Part shown: positions 1 to 12,892 of the stretch, piece by piece
Numbering within the stretch: the stretch's first letter is position 1
Layout of the letters: each line of letters opens with the position of its first letter
Assembly: GCF_015852565.1 (NCBI RefSeq)
Contig: NC_136191.1
Location: 11,848,578 to 11,912,577 of the forward strand
Direction of reading: 5' to 3'
From: Branchiostoma floridae
Taxonomy: Eukaryota
Length of the DNA stretch: 64,000 nt
Notes under the pieces: model-generated
Database searches by the model: none
Told to the model about the DNA's origin: nothing
What the model saw: the letters and a program-made list of their open reading frames with translations, nothing else
Position numbers and translations under genes: made by a program

Positions 1-1206
1 TACATTTACAACTGACATCCAACCATTTTAGGTAGGTACAGTCAGAAAACGCTACGATATTCCATCCTGACATCTGCTTTGAGATGGATCTCTGTTAAAA
101 GTTCAGTCCTTTAATTCCGAGTTCAGTGTTGTTGATGCGACTGCCATACATGAGAACGGTGTTGTACAAATCCCCAGTATTTCAGAAACACATGTGATGT
201 GTTAGAAAGTAGCAAAGCTCTGAGTCTGAAGAGTTTTTATACACATGCAGACAACCATGGGAGAAGAATATTTGTCTGTTTTGTAGATATACTATTACAA
301 AGATCGCAACAGAACACATGTAAATACCACAGTCAATATATCTAATGTGTAAGAAGGATTATATCATTCATCATCATTGAATGTCCATCAGCTTAACAAG
401 GGCTAGGAGTAAACCTTTTACAATTATGGTTACTTACAAGATGTACATTGTACATGTACATTGAATTTTGCACACAAGATGACTCTTAAGCAATAAATGT
501 ATTTATTTGCAACAACGAATTCGGAATGTAACACATAGTGATGTAATGGATACATATAACATTTTAAAAATGTAGATTTGCATCATTTTGAAGCAGCAGA
601 TTTGCACTGTTATTATTGCATTTTCCCAAGGCATTGCCATTATGCATGAAATTATTAATAAAGGGTATTAGTCAACGCGTCGCATTTAAATTATTGATAA
701 AGTAGAAGTATTGTATTAGTGGCAATAGCAGCTGCAAAATTGTTACAATATTCATTAACAGCAGGAATCACATGCACAGGTACAAAGTACATGTATCCTG
801 TATAAATTAACTACCTTCCACAAAAACCAATTAAAATCATAACTTTCATTACAATTGCATATAGATAAATCCGTATTAGCTCCTACACTGTCTAAGCTAA
901 AAAATACTATAGCTAAGCAAGACTTTCATATGGCCTAAAACTTTCCCTGAAAGAAAAAAAACGCTATTAGCCAGGGTTTTAATATTACAGTCGACATAGA
1001 AATACTACCAACAACAACTACCACGCAGATATTGCAGATAAAACAGGTAAAACTGCCACTATTTAACCATTTTAAGGCACATTGTGTTAGTAGGCCCGAT
1101 TGCACACTGACCATCTTAATTGCATCAAATTAGAACACTGAAAATTTGGTTAAATTTTTCATTGCATCTGAACGAAACTCAATTAATCTACAAGAACCTA
1201 ACCCCA

Positions 1207-4200
1207 CTACAGCTCAGTGTGATCGTACCCCTCACTATCTGTCAGTAGGTACTTGTTATACACTTTGTAAGGGTCTGTGTTCCAGTGCTTGTGGAAGGAC
1301 ACAGGAGGCTGATGGGATAGGTACCCTTTGGAATAGTCTGCAGGTCTAGCCTGGAACATAAAGAAAATAAAAATAACATTTTCATTGAACATGAAATGCA
1401 CCGAGTAAGTACTAGACATATGAAAAACTGTAACTGAGTAAGTTATCAAAGTAACATTCTTATGATAGATAAATGGCTGAAAGTATGAGTAAATAAGTGA
1501 ATGAACAAATGAATGAATGAAAGAAAGAATGAAGAAACAATCATTATATCCTGAATCACAAATGACATGCTCAAAAACAATTGTAGACTGCTTCTAAGAC
1601 ACCAGACAGTAGCTTAAGTACTATGTTCTGGTCCGTGCCAAAAGTTTCCAAGACCCTACCTGATGAAACAGCTGACTGTGGACCACATGGACACCTGCAG
1701 ATACCTCCGAACACATGCCCAGGATCATGTCATCTGGGGAGTCATCAGCAGGGCAACCACAGCTGGACTGCAACAGTTTGGTCACACCTGCTCTACTCAG
1801 CACCATTCTGTAGTGAGGAAAGCACAGAATCATTCTGAAAACAGCACTATATAAACTGATCATGATGTTAAACAAAAAAATTATCAGCTACAATGGAACA
1901 CTCTCCACCCAGATGTTGTAGCTGCCGAAACTGTAAACGCCTTCAAGTAAAAGAGTACACGCCTAACCCAACATAAACTCTCATTACAGACTCGTTTTAC
2001 AAACTCTGGACACTGGTTTTTAATTGTTAATTGTTAGAAGCGGATCCTATAGGCAAATTCTTTGCCTCCTATCCAATGACATGATATGATATATGATATG
2101 ATACAATGTCTCACTTTCAAAAGACAATTTTACCTTTAAAGACGGCTGGAATTATAAACGATAAAATGAGTAATACTTGCCCTCCTCCTCCTGTTATATA
2201 GGCATAGCCTGAGTCTACCCCTCGTGTCAGTCCATAGCCGTACCGCTCTCCTAAGAAGATGGGTTCAGATGGATCATAGCAGCTGAGGACAACCAGTAAT
2301 CTGGGCACACTGGAAGAAGATAGCGTTGTTCAGTAAACAAAGTGTTATACTACAACTGTCAGACATCTCTTTGATTAATCTTTATGTTTTTATCAATCAA
2401 TCGTTTGCTTGCATCATGAGTTGATGCGTGGCGGCTACAGACAGTTTTAGACATAACATCAATGTAATGAATCAACAAATAGACTAAGAGTCAGTATTCA
2501 TTTACCTTCAAATTCTAGCTTTATTTATTTGCAAAGCCAATAAAGTACCTACAAATGTACATGGATGGGATTAAGTACTGATCTGCAAGCCTAGAGTCTG
2601 AACATTAAGAGTCTACATGTTGACCATTCTTTCCCTACCTTAACAAGGTGTCATCATCGGCAATGACCAGCCAGTCCATCTTCTTCAAACTTTCCTTGGA
2701 GTGAAACTCTTTGAGGATGGCATAGACCTTCCCACAGTGACCTGGGGGCAACCAACAACAAATGCATGGATAGTTTTGCTGAATATTATCTGATTATTTG
2801 TTTGATACAAGAATGCAAGTGATCATGACAAAACCATCTTCTCTTGTGTGTTTATTGGATAAGTGGTTCAAGTTGTAGTAATATGTTTATGTAGTAGCTT
2901 TGCACTATGTTCATATGATCACACCAACCTCTCTCTGTGTTTGGCACCCCTGTAGTGACTGTTGGAATGGTAGAGTCTTCCTTGTCGCTATAGTATGTTA
3001 TATGCCTGGCATGCTTCCCCCATGTTTTCTTAACAACAGGCACTGAGAAAAAGATAGACGAGAATAAAAGCATCATGGAGAGCACATAAATGTATTTATT
3101 CACTTAAGTAATTTTTCCAAGCAACATCCTCCATACAACATCCATGTGACAGTATCTACCATGAGCTCTAAATGGTTTTCCCTCAAATACTATGAATGTA
3201 CCAGAGCAAAAATATTTAGTTTTTGGTCTTCATTCCCCCTCCACTCTACAATATGTGTTAAATCTACCATATAAAGTTATCATTTAAAGCTGGTGTGTTC
3301 CCCCGAAGGGTGGTTATTTTGTTAGAAACAAACGTGGTACTTCTGCCAACTCAAAATCCAATAAAAAAGATATTGATAACGTTTCCTGGAGGACACAATT
3401 ACTCATTACCCTTGACACAGTCTTATCACTATGAACACATTGTTAGACAGCCATAAATCAATTTTATAGTATTGGTATCTATGACACCTTGTCTAACACA
3501 ATGTCATAAGTTACGATTACACAAACACTTATCATCTTTGTGTTAAAAGTTACAAAGTTATTACTGATGTCCCGCTATTACTTTTAGTACACAAATGTAT
3601 TACAGAATACAAACACACAGTCTATAGCAAGTTCTTAAGAATTGTTGCAAAATATTTTTTGCCAGATTCTGGCATACATCGTTCTAGACTTTTAGAACTG
3701 TTGCAAAATCCGTCTAGCCATATACTAAGTACTTCACAAATTGTGAAACCGTACATACATTCTCATCACATACCTCTGTCTTTGTGATATTTCTCACATG
3801 TTTTTACAGCAAAGAAAGCTGTCTCCTCAGAAACTGGATCCCCCTGGAAAGAACAAAATTTCTGTTCACATTCAATAAAAATTTTTGTGTCTCTAAGTAC
3901 ATGTGTAACTACAAAAGAAAAAAAAGAAAATAATGCTTTGCATTACAGATATCATATCCCTCATATACATGATACATGGTTCATTTGGTTTATGATGTGG
4001 GAGGGGTTGTATCTTCAATCTCCTCAAAGTTAACAAAAAAGAATAAAAGCAAAACTTACACATTGTGGTAATTTGGTAGGGAAAGTTGTTACACACTTGG
4101 CATTGTCATTTTGTGGACCTGCACAGAACTGGGGCACATCTGTAAGTCTGACTCCTTTCCCACTGTCATAGATGTACATGGCTATCTGTGATGACAGACA

Positions 4201-7200
4201 AAATTTAGGATTAGACCTTCAATAACTAATCAATGATTCAAAGAACACAAAATTAGTATTGTGATTGTTGAGACAGCAAAACAGGTTTTAATACAACAAA
4301 GTTTCAGTAGCATGATTCATGTACAATACAAAATGACACATGACTACTTCAACTAGAAAGGCCGACATTTGCTTAAGAGCAAATACAGCATATTTCAGCC
4401 ATACCCCTTCCCACGCAACATTGGACTGTTCCAAATCACCCCTGCGCAAAAATGGAACATCCTCTTAACAGTACATTATCCCCCAAAGTGGACTGGTATT
4501 GTGAATTGATTCCAGGTAAAAACAGAGCTTGCTTCTATTTTTCAGAAAATGACAATAATCACACCTTCCATTCAGAAAATTTTCATCATGACTGAAAATT
4601 GTTGAATGACTTCATGTAATGTCATTAACAATTTTCAGTACGATAACTAGGTGTAAGTTTAAAAAAGTATAAGCTCCTTGCGATGTGGGTACATTTATTA
4701 TTGCAGTGAACTTTTTTTATTCAAGTAGGGCATACGATTTAATAATTATCAAGCAGGTGCAGGTACTGTAGGAGCGTTTGTTTTCTTCAAGCTGTAAAAC
4801 TGTTAAACTGTTTTACTTTGTATGCAATCAGCCATCGAGCCTATTCTTATTTTAGTTTAACAACTTCCTGCCAGACCCGGAAGATACGATTGAACCTTGT
4901 TCGAGGATTTATTTTCGTCTGTCTGGTCAGTCTGTTCATACCCTGGCGCTGAGAGTGTTTTATTGGGCTGAAACTCTGGCAGTTTAAAGTTACTTACAAT
5001 TTAAATGTTCAAAGTTTATGTCAAACAACAACAGCACTAGGAAATGTGGCCACTATAGACAGGTGGTCACTATAGAGAAAATGCTGATCTATTGACTAGG
5101 AGCCATACGTTACACATGATTTCAGTACACTGATCATTAATCATATAAACATTGCACAGGTAAGCCAATTGTTTAGATGTACAATTTAAAAGTTCAAATA
5201 ATTCTGAAGAGAAATATTGATGAGAAAATAATCATTCTCGCCACTGTCTAACTTATAATTACGTATCAAAACTAAACGCAGATTTTCTAACTAACGCACC
5301 TTTCGCCGACTTCATCAAAGGACCGCCGGCTATCAATCAAACACGGCTGTTGATTAGACTTAGAGTTTCAAACAGTCATGTGCTGTGTGCCAGTTGACAG
5401 CGAACTTCATGCTACGTGATGCTTGCTTGGACCTTCTTTGAAATTCCTACAGCGTGTCAGCGGTGCTTCTACAAAATATTTAGACTGTAACACTGAGTCC
5501 CACATGTTTTATAGAATAGAATTTGACGCAGAACAGCGTTTTTGCTGGGTATTTTTCTTGAAAAATGTCCGTGGGAATATCAGCGAGGCGGCGACGTAGG
5601 GATATCAGACCGTCAACAAAAGTCGCACGGCGGCTAACAGCGCAGCGAAGATACTAGCGCTATAAATAAGCACTTCAACTAAGGATGGCAACCCGTACAA
5701 TATTTTTGTATACTGTTGAGCTAAGTAAAGTTTGTTGTTTATGAGGTTTTAGTTGTCTTTGAAGCTTTGACCCGAAATATTCTAAAGTCAAACTGCTGAA
5801 GAGAAGTAAGTGACTGCTACGATTATCGTAGATATGGCCCTAAAAATGATAAAAGAAGCCTTCTCAATAGTCTAAAATGCAAAAGCTTCCGGGGGGGCTT
5901 CGCCCACCTGGGTCCCCCCCACAGTGGCCTTGCCCCTGGACCCCGCCAGGGACATTCGGCGGCCCCCGGACCCCTGTCCGACGCTTTGAAAAAATCCTGG
6001 CGAGAAGTCTGTACGGCCTGAGTCTTCAAGTTAACGCAGCGTTCCCGCCAGGCATACGTCTTTACGTCTTTGGACGCATTTTTTTCTGGAAAGACGCATT
6101 CGGCTCGGCTGAATGCGTCCATAAAAAAATCTGAAAGAAAGGCTGACCTGAACCACCCGTGTACAAAATGTATCTGGAATCTTTACAAAAATCTGTCTTT
6201 ATAAAAAGGAATCCTACCTTTACAATTTATACTTCAAATTCTTCACTTTCCGGTCATCCCAGTAGTCTGGGCATGGGGCGGAGCGCGGCACGTGTTACAA
6301 CTAGCGGACCCATGTACGACACACCCAGCCACGCGCCAGTCTGAGCCGTCCGTTGCGCAAAGTAATTTTTTGTAGTCCGTGAAATACATCTGACAGTCAG
6401 CATTCTTTAACACTCGAAGAAATCTTATACAGATTTTATATTCTGATATTAACATGATACTTACTTGTTCTCAGTTTCACGTATTTGTTAAAGATTTGTG
6501 GGTAATACTAGTATTGAACAAACAAACTGTTCTGCTCGAGTGCTGCACATCTCAACAAAAGTTCTCACGCTGTGGGCAGTTGATTGGCAGTCGGCAGTCT
6601 TTGACAACAGGCCGCCGGCGCCAAGCAGTCAAGATTGGCCACCAGGTCCAAATCCAATCATCTTAAGAACCAATCAGCGTTTGATAAATGTAATGTTACA
6701 CTCTGTCATTGGTCACCGGGAAAAAACAAAAGTTACCGAGTATTAGCGCACGTGACGTTGGTAGCCACCCGTGTCGTCTGGCAACTTGAGTTTCTTCCCT
6801 AGCTGCTAACAATTTACTATTAAAGTTTCCCCATTTATCCAAGTTAAAAAAAAACGGTGCGCGGTAAATAAGTGAAGAATCCAAAACTATACACTTTATT
6901 TCTTATTTACAAAATTTATTTTGTTTCAAAAAGACAAAATTTGCGGCAAAAAAGGGGCCGCAATATTGTTGTCAAGCGTCGATCGAGTCGGCTGTGCACT
7001 AGCGTTGGCCTCCGTGGCACATGGCGCGGCACGCCCCCCTCCCCAGACGGACCGTCGATCGCAGCGCCCAGCACGTTGGGACGTCTTTCTGGCCACTGCT
7101 TCAAGGCTACACCGGCACAGATCACTGCCAAAGAGGCAACAGATCGTCCTCCTTCGAGTAATGTATAACGTTCTTGGTCTATTTAAAAAGAAATCCAGCC

Positions 7201-10200
7201 AAAGATTTCACGCCGAAAACGGGGTTACCTGAGGTCGCAGGAAACAAACGCACGCTCGTGGAAAATGACGGTATGGCCTTGTAAATTTTTAAAACCCCAC
7301 CGATTCGAAAAATTTGAGTAAAATCATCGGGCAAAATAGAAAAAAACACAGCGCCGTTATTTTATCGTCTCGGAAAACTATTTGATGTGGGAGGGCGCAA
7401 CATCGATCGCACGAGGTAGACATCTTTTTATTCAATGACGGAAAAAAATTGGCATAATTTTTCCATGGGCTGACGAACTAGCTAGAGCCCTGTTTCGAAG
7501 CATCAAAAATCCAAAATTTTCATATAGACATGTCTGGACAAATAAAACCCGGGCCAGATCACGGAAGGCTGATTCCCTGTGCTTATAGCTTTTTTAATAT
7601 AACGTATTTTGATGAAGAGGGTGGTCGTCGATAACTGAAAATGGGAGTAAAAGAGGCAACCGACATCCAATTCCAAGTGCATGATTATCCACTCAAATTG
7701 CAGGAAATTGTGTTCTAGAGGGTTTGAAAATCCAAATTTTCCCGGGGGAGCATGCCCCCGGACCCCCCTAGAATGCGAGCGCCTGCAGCGCTCGTCTCGC
7801 GCCTCCGGCGCTCGTTACGCCCCTCCAAAATATTTGGACGCATATTTTCAGAAACCTGGCGGGAACGCTGAGGTAACGTATTGTGTGGTCCCGCTTATGA
7901 ATATTAATTAGCCTTCGCTTTCCTCTTCGCTGATTGGCTGAACCATTAATTGAATTAACTCTTCCTGCCGGCTAGACGCAGGTGCAGATGTCGGCTCTGT
8001 GGGGTGAACGTCCGAAAGGTCATGGCATGGAGAACGAAAGAAAACCAATTTCCCCTAAAAAAAGTGCTGTAATTAAGCCTTTTACAGTACTTTATGCCAA
8101 AAATTTTACTTGGATCATTTTACCAACTATCTTATGCCTATCTATACCAAATGTTACTCATATCAGGGTACAGGGGTGCAAAATATACCGTTATAAGACC
8201 GTCAACAACAGTCGCACGGAGCTAACAGCGCAGCGAAAATACCATCGCTAGCGTTTCAACTTCGGATAACAAGTTATAAGTACTGTTGAACTCAGTAACG
8301 TTAAAGTTTGTTTTTAGTTGCCTTTGACGGTTTGACCTGAAATAGTGTTACGCTAAACTCCTGAAGAGAAGTTAAGTGACTGCTGCGATTATCATAGATA
8401 TGCCCCTAAGAACTGATACAATATAAAGCCTTCTGAATAGTCTAAAATGCGAGAGCCTTAGGCGGGCTTCGCTCCCACTGGCGGGAACACTGCTATATAC
8501 GGGATCATGAGGCCCCGCTTATGAATATTAATTAGCCTTTGGCCTCCTCTTCGCTGATTGGCTAGGTCTTTGATTCAATTAACTCTCCGGCTGACGCGCA
8601 CAGGTGTGGCTCTGTGCGGGGTCACGGAAGGTCACGTCAGGAGGCCAAAAGAAAACAAATTTCCCCTCAGAAAAGTGCCAAAATTAATCATTTTAAAGTT
8701 GTTTATGTCAAAAATTTTACTTGAATCTTGTTACCAAGTATCTAATGCCTATCTATACCAAATTTCAGGTCATTTAATTGTAATACCAGGGTACAGGAGC
8801 CAAAAGTGTCCTTTTTTGGTCAAAAATTGGCCAAAAATCGCAAAAATAAGCATTTTGTTGCACTGTACACCAAAAGTGTTATTGAATTTATATGAAGGGA
8901 TTATCAAGGCACATCTGTGTCAAATTTCAGCTCATTCGGTTGCAATACCAAGGTACAGGAGCCAAAAGTGTCCTTTTTTGGTCAAAAATTGGTCAAAAAA
9001 TCGCAAAAATAAGCATTTTGTTGTACTGTACACCAAAAGTGTTATTGAATTTATATGAAGAGATTATCAAGGCACATCTCTGTCAAATTTCAGCTCATTT
9101 GGTTGTAATACCAGGGTACAGGGGCCAAAAGTGTCCTTTTTTGGTCAAAAATTGGTCAAAAAATCGCAAAAATAAGCATTTTGTTGTACTGTACACCAAA
9201 AGTGTTATCGAATTTATATGGGGGCATTATTAAGGCACATCTCTGTCAAATTTCAGCTCATTTGATTGTAATACCAGGGTACAGGGGCCAAAATATACAG
9301 TTTTGGTCTAAAATTGACCAAAAAATCTCAATAAAATCATTTTAGAGGCAGATATGAAAAAAACTGAGAAAAAAGCATCAAGGTATTGGCCCATTCTACC
9401 CCTGTGCCAAATTTCAGGTCATTCGGTCCAGGAACGGCGGAGATGAATCACTTTGAAGATTTGACAGGAGAAAGAAGAAAGAAACATTACGAATACAATA
9501 TATTTCACCATACTATGTATGGCTGAAATATAATAAACTCAAACTCAATAAAACACACTTAATGTATACCATTTCAAAAGGATGCACAAGAGTTAACATA
9601 CTTCTGTAAAAAGCTTTCCTTTTTCTTTAGGCCTAGGAAAAAAAATGTTGTGTTTCCTGTTTCAGTCCTGAAAAAAATTGGGTCGGTAGGTAGGGATTAT
9701 CTTCTTTTTTTTCTTGTAATTTTTTTTTGGCTGGCCAAAACTCTAGTGATACATATTACAATACAGTCAAACAAAGTAAACTGAAGTGCATGAGGACACT
9801 TCTCTTTTAATGTCAAACTTTAATTTTGTGCACAATAGATACATTTATCCTTCATTAGATAGGACAAGCAGTGTTTTTGCTTCAATAGGAAGCAGGCTGA
9901 ATAAAAATTCTAACTGGAAACTGTGACTCCTCTGCCCACACCCAAAAAAAGTCTAGGGTCGGCAGGTTTTTCTAGGGTAGGTAGGGAAACAGGAAACACA
10001 ACATTTTTTTTCCTAGGCCTTATAAGGGATACAAACTAAAAATCACAGTTCATCATTGGCATCCCTACCTCATGTTTAAGATCAATGGTGAATTCACTCT
10101 GATGACTTTCCTCAGACCATCTTTTTGCTAGCCTACAGAATGGAAAAGACACCAGAAAACAATTAACACAATTACTTGCATACAAGGGTATAAATATCAT

Positions 10201-12405
10201 TGTGTCACTAGCTAGACTCAGACTTTAAGCATATCTACTAGATCAGTTCAGATCAATAAGTCATGTATTATTGACGTATTTTAATATTTGAGATTAAATA
10301 CTATCTATCGTAGTTGTCAAACATAACGAAAATATAATAATAAGTTGATTATAAATATTATGATAATTTGTACCTATTGAGCAGTGGGGCACTGAGAGCC
10401 CAGCCTGCTGAAAAGTCTGGGTAAGAGAAGGACCCAGGGTTTTGGTGGAAGACAAAGTGATGGATAATGGTGGCTTCCTGGTCTACAAGAGCATGGCCTA
10501 GAAAAAGTTCCTAAGAAAACATAACAAAAAATTAGATTTATTGTAAGGAAAATGGGGTATAAGAGTATAATTTATCAGCACATTCATAGACATACTATAT
10601 AATAATTTCACATAGTTGAATGAAGTCTGTCACAAACATATTGATTACATGCCCTTAACATTCATCTTAGATATAAACATCAATGGCATAAATTATTCAG
10701 AATCACCTTTTCAGCATCATACTTCCTGAGAACGTCGAGCAATGGCAGGAGTTTCACAGCTGTGTCATCTTCACAAAAGAACACCCAGGCTGCTCTCTGC
10801 CCAAAGGTCTGGGAAATTCTGAACGGAATGCATCAATGGTGCAAGCTGTTACAAAAACAAGCATAAAAGGAACAAAAGCAAACAGCAACTGCTGTTTCGA
10901 AACAAGGAAAAATATTCAGTTCAGATAAAGAGTACTTTTTAATTTTTTAAAGCTCTCCTTGAGGGAAAAGTTACTCTGCTACGTAAATCGTATATCTTAT
11001 TCGTTTGTTGTATATACATTGTATAGATGTTCTACTGTTGTATCTTTGCCAAATACTTTAGATTCTATGTTTGTCAAACTCACTTACTTGGGAAGGTAGG
11101 GAAGGATGGTCCACGCCCCCCGGCCTTTCCACTCCTCATGCAACAGTACAACTGTCGGTGGCTCCTGACATTGCAAATTGTACATTCAAAATATTTTCTT
11201 TTAAGTAAATGACACATGACTATTTCAGCATGCTATTGTGCACATATGATTATAACAGACACGTTTGTGAAGGTTAGACATCCAGGATATGATAAATAGA
11301 TGATGGTTCAAACTGTTCTTCTGGATTATATCAAAATTTTATTCAGACGTTTCGGAAGGCATCCACCTTCCTTCCTCAGTGAAATGAAAATGAATACTAG
11401 TAGTTAACCTCAATAGTTACCTGTGTTGTTTATTTTAGTACACCTTAGCCATTACCTTTTTTGTTTATTTAGAACATAAGAATTATTCTTTGTTCCGAGA
11501 AATTGTTTGTCTTTATTTTCATTTCACTGAGGAAGGAAGGTGGATGCCTTCCGAAACGTCTGAATAAAATTTTGATATTATCCAGAAGAAGAGTTTGAAC
11601 CATCATCTATTGATTATAACAGACCTTCTTTAATTCAATAAAATTGAGCAAATATAATTTGGCCAAAACATGGGAAGCAAGCACAACAGATATGAAGTAT
11701 GAACAGAATTTTTTCAAATAGTTGGAACCATTTCACCACATTGCTGTATGGTGAAGGCAAAATGCAAAATGAAACACACCTGTTGAAGATCCTGAGCTTG
11801 TTGCCTGATGTTTTCTCTGAGCTGGTGAGCCTTTTCTGTGTGGTAGCTGTACTTCTGGCTCTGGATGATAATCACCACATCCTGCAGTCCTAATAAAAAA
11901 AAGATGTGTGTTCCGAAATATTTCATACGTATACTGACGTCTGAGAGCACATAATAGTCATCTAATTTATTGTGATCGTCCTTGTTGTTGGTAAAGTCAA
12001 TTTGAATGTTGATAAGTGACTCCATCCTTCTTATCTGCCATTTTGGGAATTTGAACATAACATAGCTTTGATTTCCTTTCACGTGCTAATACTCTAAATA
12101 CATAATAGATGAAGTGCAGCATTGAACCTCCATACCAGCTGACCCTTACCTATGTTATTGCCATGTTTATCCCCTTGTTGACGTGTTATGTCGTCTGCTA
12201 CACCAGGACCGGTCTGACCGGAATCTTTGGGCTCGGAGGCGGCGACAAGCAGACCTGAAAATGGATGGTATTCTCTCAGATAAGGTTCTAATAACAATAG
12301 TGAACAGACAGATATCAAAAGGAAACAAAATCTGAGCAATAATCTACCTAAAACCAGCGCTGAAAGCTTGTAAATTGTGCGATGTATTTTGACTTCTGCC
12401 GCCAT
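1207..12405 (-). CDS. B3GLCT: Beta-1,3-glucosyltransferase (B3GLCT/B3GALTL-like; two fringe-like GT31 domains), multi-exon gene
   Basis: Translated minus-strand exons match B3GLCT exon by exon. Approximate exons: 12343-12405 ([19 protein letters not shown], start), 12140-12245 (signal-anchor-like [13 protein letters not shown] region), 11776-11893 ([36 protein letters not shown]), 11089-11168 ([25 protein letters not shown]), 10686-10800 ([39 protein letters not shown]-like), 10385-10510 ([44 protein letters not shown]), 10058-10130 ([21 protein letters not shown]), 4052-4192 ([42 protein letters not shown]), 3777-3846 ([22 protein letters not shown]), 2935-3052 ([39 protein letters not shown]), 2640-2750 ([33 protein letters not shown], catalytic DDD), 2218-2300 ([27 protein letters not shown]), 1655-1838 ([26 protein letters not shown]), 1207-1345 ([47 protein letters not shown] then stop; HTEL is a KDEL-type ER retention signal matching REEL in vertebrate B3GLCT). 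Each exon is flanked by AG acceptor and GT donor. Coordinates were read by eye and are accurate to a few nt. Confidence 0.85.
5560..5915. repeat. Dispersed repeat copy (second copy at 8190-8480), intronic
   Basis: 5625-5915 (cacggcggctaacagcgcagcgaagatactagcgc...ctgaagagaagtaagtgactgctacgattatcgtagatatggccctaaaaatgataaaagaagccttctcaatagtctaaaatgcaaaagcttcc) aligns with 8210-8470 at roughly 80 percent identity. Flanking G/C homopolymer-rich segments (5890-5960) are present. Confidence 0.55.
7880..9430. repeat. Complex nested tandem repeat: roughly 620-bp higher-order unit containing roughly 170-bp subrepeats, at least 4 copies
   Basis: The subunit ...caaggcacatctgtgtcaaatttcagctcattcggttgcaataccaaggtacaggagccaaaagtgtccttttttggtcaaaaattggtcaaaaaatcgcaaaaataagcattttgttgtactgtacaccaaaagtgttattgaatttatatgaag... 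recurs at about 8760, 8900, 9070 and 9240, with partial copies at 8100 and 9400. 7895-7990 is similar to 8505-8600. The ORFs 8558-9058 and 8892-9233 are repeat artefacts. Confidence 0.7.
9629..10020. mobile_element. MITE-like foldback element with roughly 35-bp terminal inverted repeats
   Basis: Left TIR aggcctaggaaaaaaaatgttgtgtttcctgtttc (9629-9665) is the reverse complement of gaaacaggaaacacaacattttttttcctaggcct (9986-10020). Inner inverted gggtcggtaggtaggg motifs are also present. The roughly 390-bp element lies in a B3GLCT intron. Confidence 0.55.
11283..11615. mobile_element. MITE-like element with roughly 100-bp terminal inverted repeats
   Basis: 11296-11393 (atagatgatggttcaaactgttcttctggattatatcaaaattttattcagacgtttcggaaggcatccaccttccttcctcagtgaaatgaaaatgaa) is the near-perfect reverse complement of 11517-11613. 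The direct repeat GATTATAACAGAC occurs at 11248-11260 and 11612-11624 and may be a target-site or flank duplication. It lies in a B3GLCT intron. Confidence 0.55.
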
Positions 12406-12892
12406 TTTGTTCTAAGTGTACTCAGTAACCATGTAAGGAGTCAAGCAGTTTAGTAATTTTGAAATTGATAGAAAACACGAGCCAGTTCCAGTTTTTATGA
12501 CACCTATATTGTAACGTAAGTAATGTTTTGCGTAATCAGTAACGATACAAAATGACTCAAATGAGAAGACAAGTCAACATAGATAAGAATACTGCTAGTT
12601 ATTTCATCATTGAACTGCTGTCCAGCACACGGTGGGTCCAAAAGTTTCATTCACGGTGGTTGCAACTCACATGAAGTTAGGGAAACTCTGATTGGTGGAA
12701 ATCTTTTCCTATCAACCAATTAGAGTTCGTGTTATTTAGGGTGTTCTCCAAATCTCCACTACGCATGCACGTGACCTTTGTCCCCAGGTGTGCGCATACC
12801 TGTGTGGTGTTTGTGTTTGGTGGCTGTTTTGGTGCGAGTTTGGGCAGTTTTGGTTAATTTATAACACTTCTAGCGGAAAGATCGTCATCAGA
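12406..12892. promoter_or_regulatory. Putative bidirectional promoter between divergent B3GLCT-like and TBC-like genes
   Basis: About 490 bp separate the ATG of the minus-strand gene (12405) from the ATG of the plus-strand gene (12893). It contains a CCAAT box (ccaattagag near 12716) and a palindromic GCATGC/E-box element (acgcatgcacgtgacc near 12760). No TATA box is obvious. Confidence 0.45.

Noticed and set aside
5823-7232. Several overlapping 70-100-aa ORFs on both strands in a GC-rich patch
   Set aside because: GC richness inflates ORF length. Both strands are open, the peptides are Pro/Arg/Gly-rich and low complexity, and the patch lies inside an intron next to dispersed repeats.
8558-9233. 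166-aa and 113-aa plus-strand ORFs
   Set aside because: They read through a roughly 170-bp tandem repeat, so the same peptide repeats (KCPFLVKNW...). There are no splice signals and no family resemblance. They are repeat artefacts.
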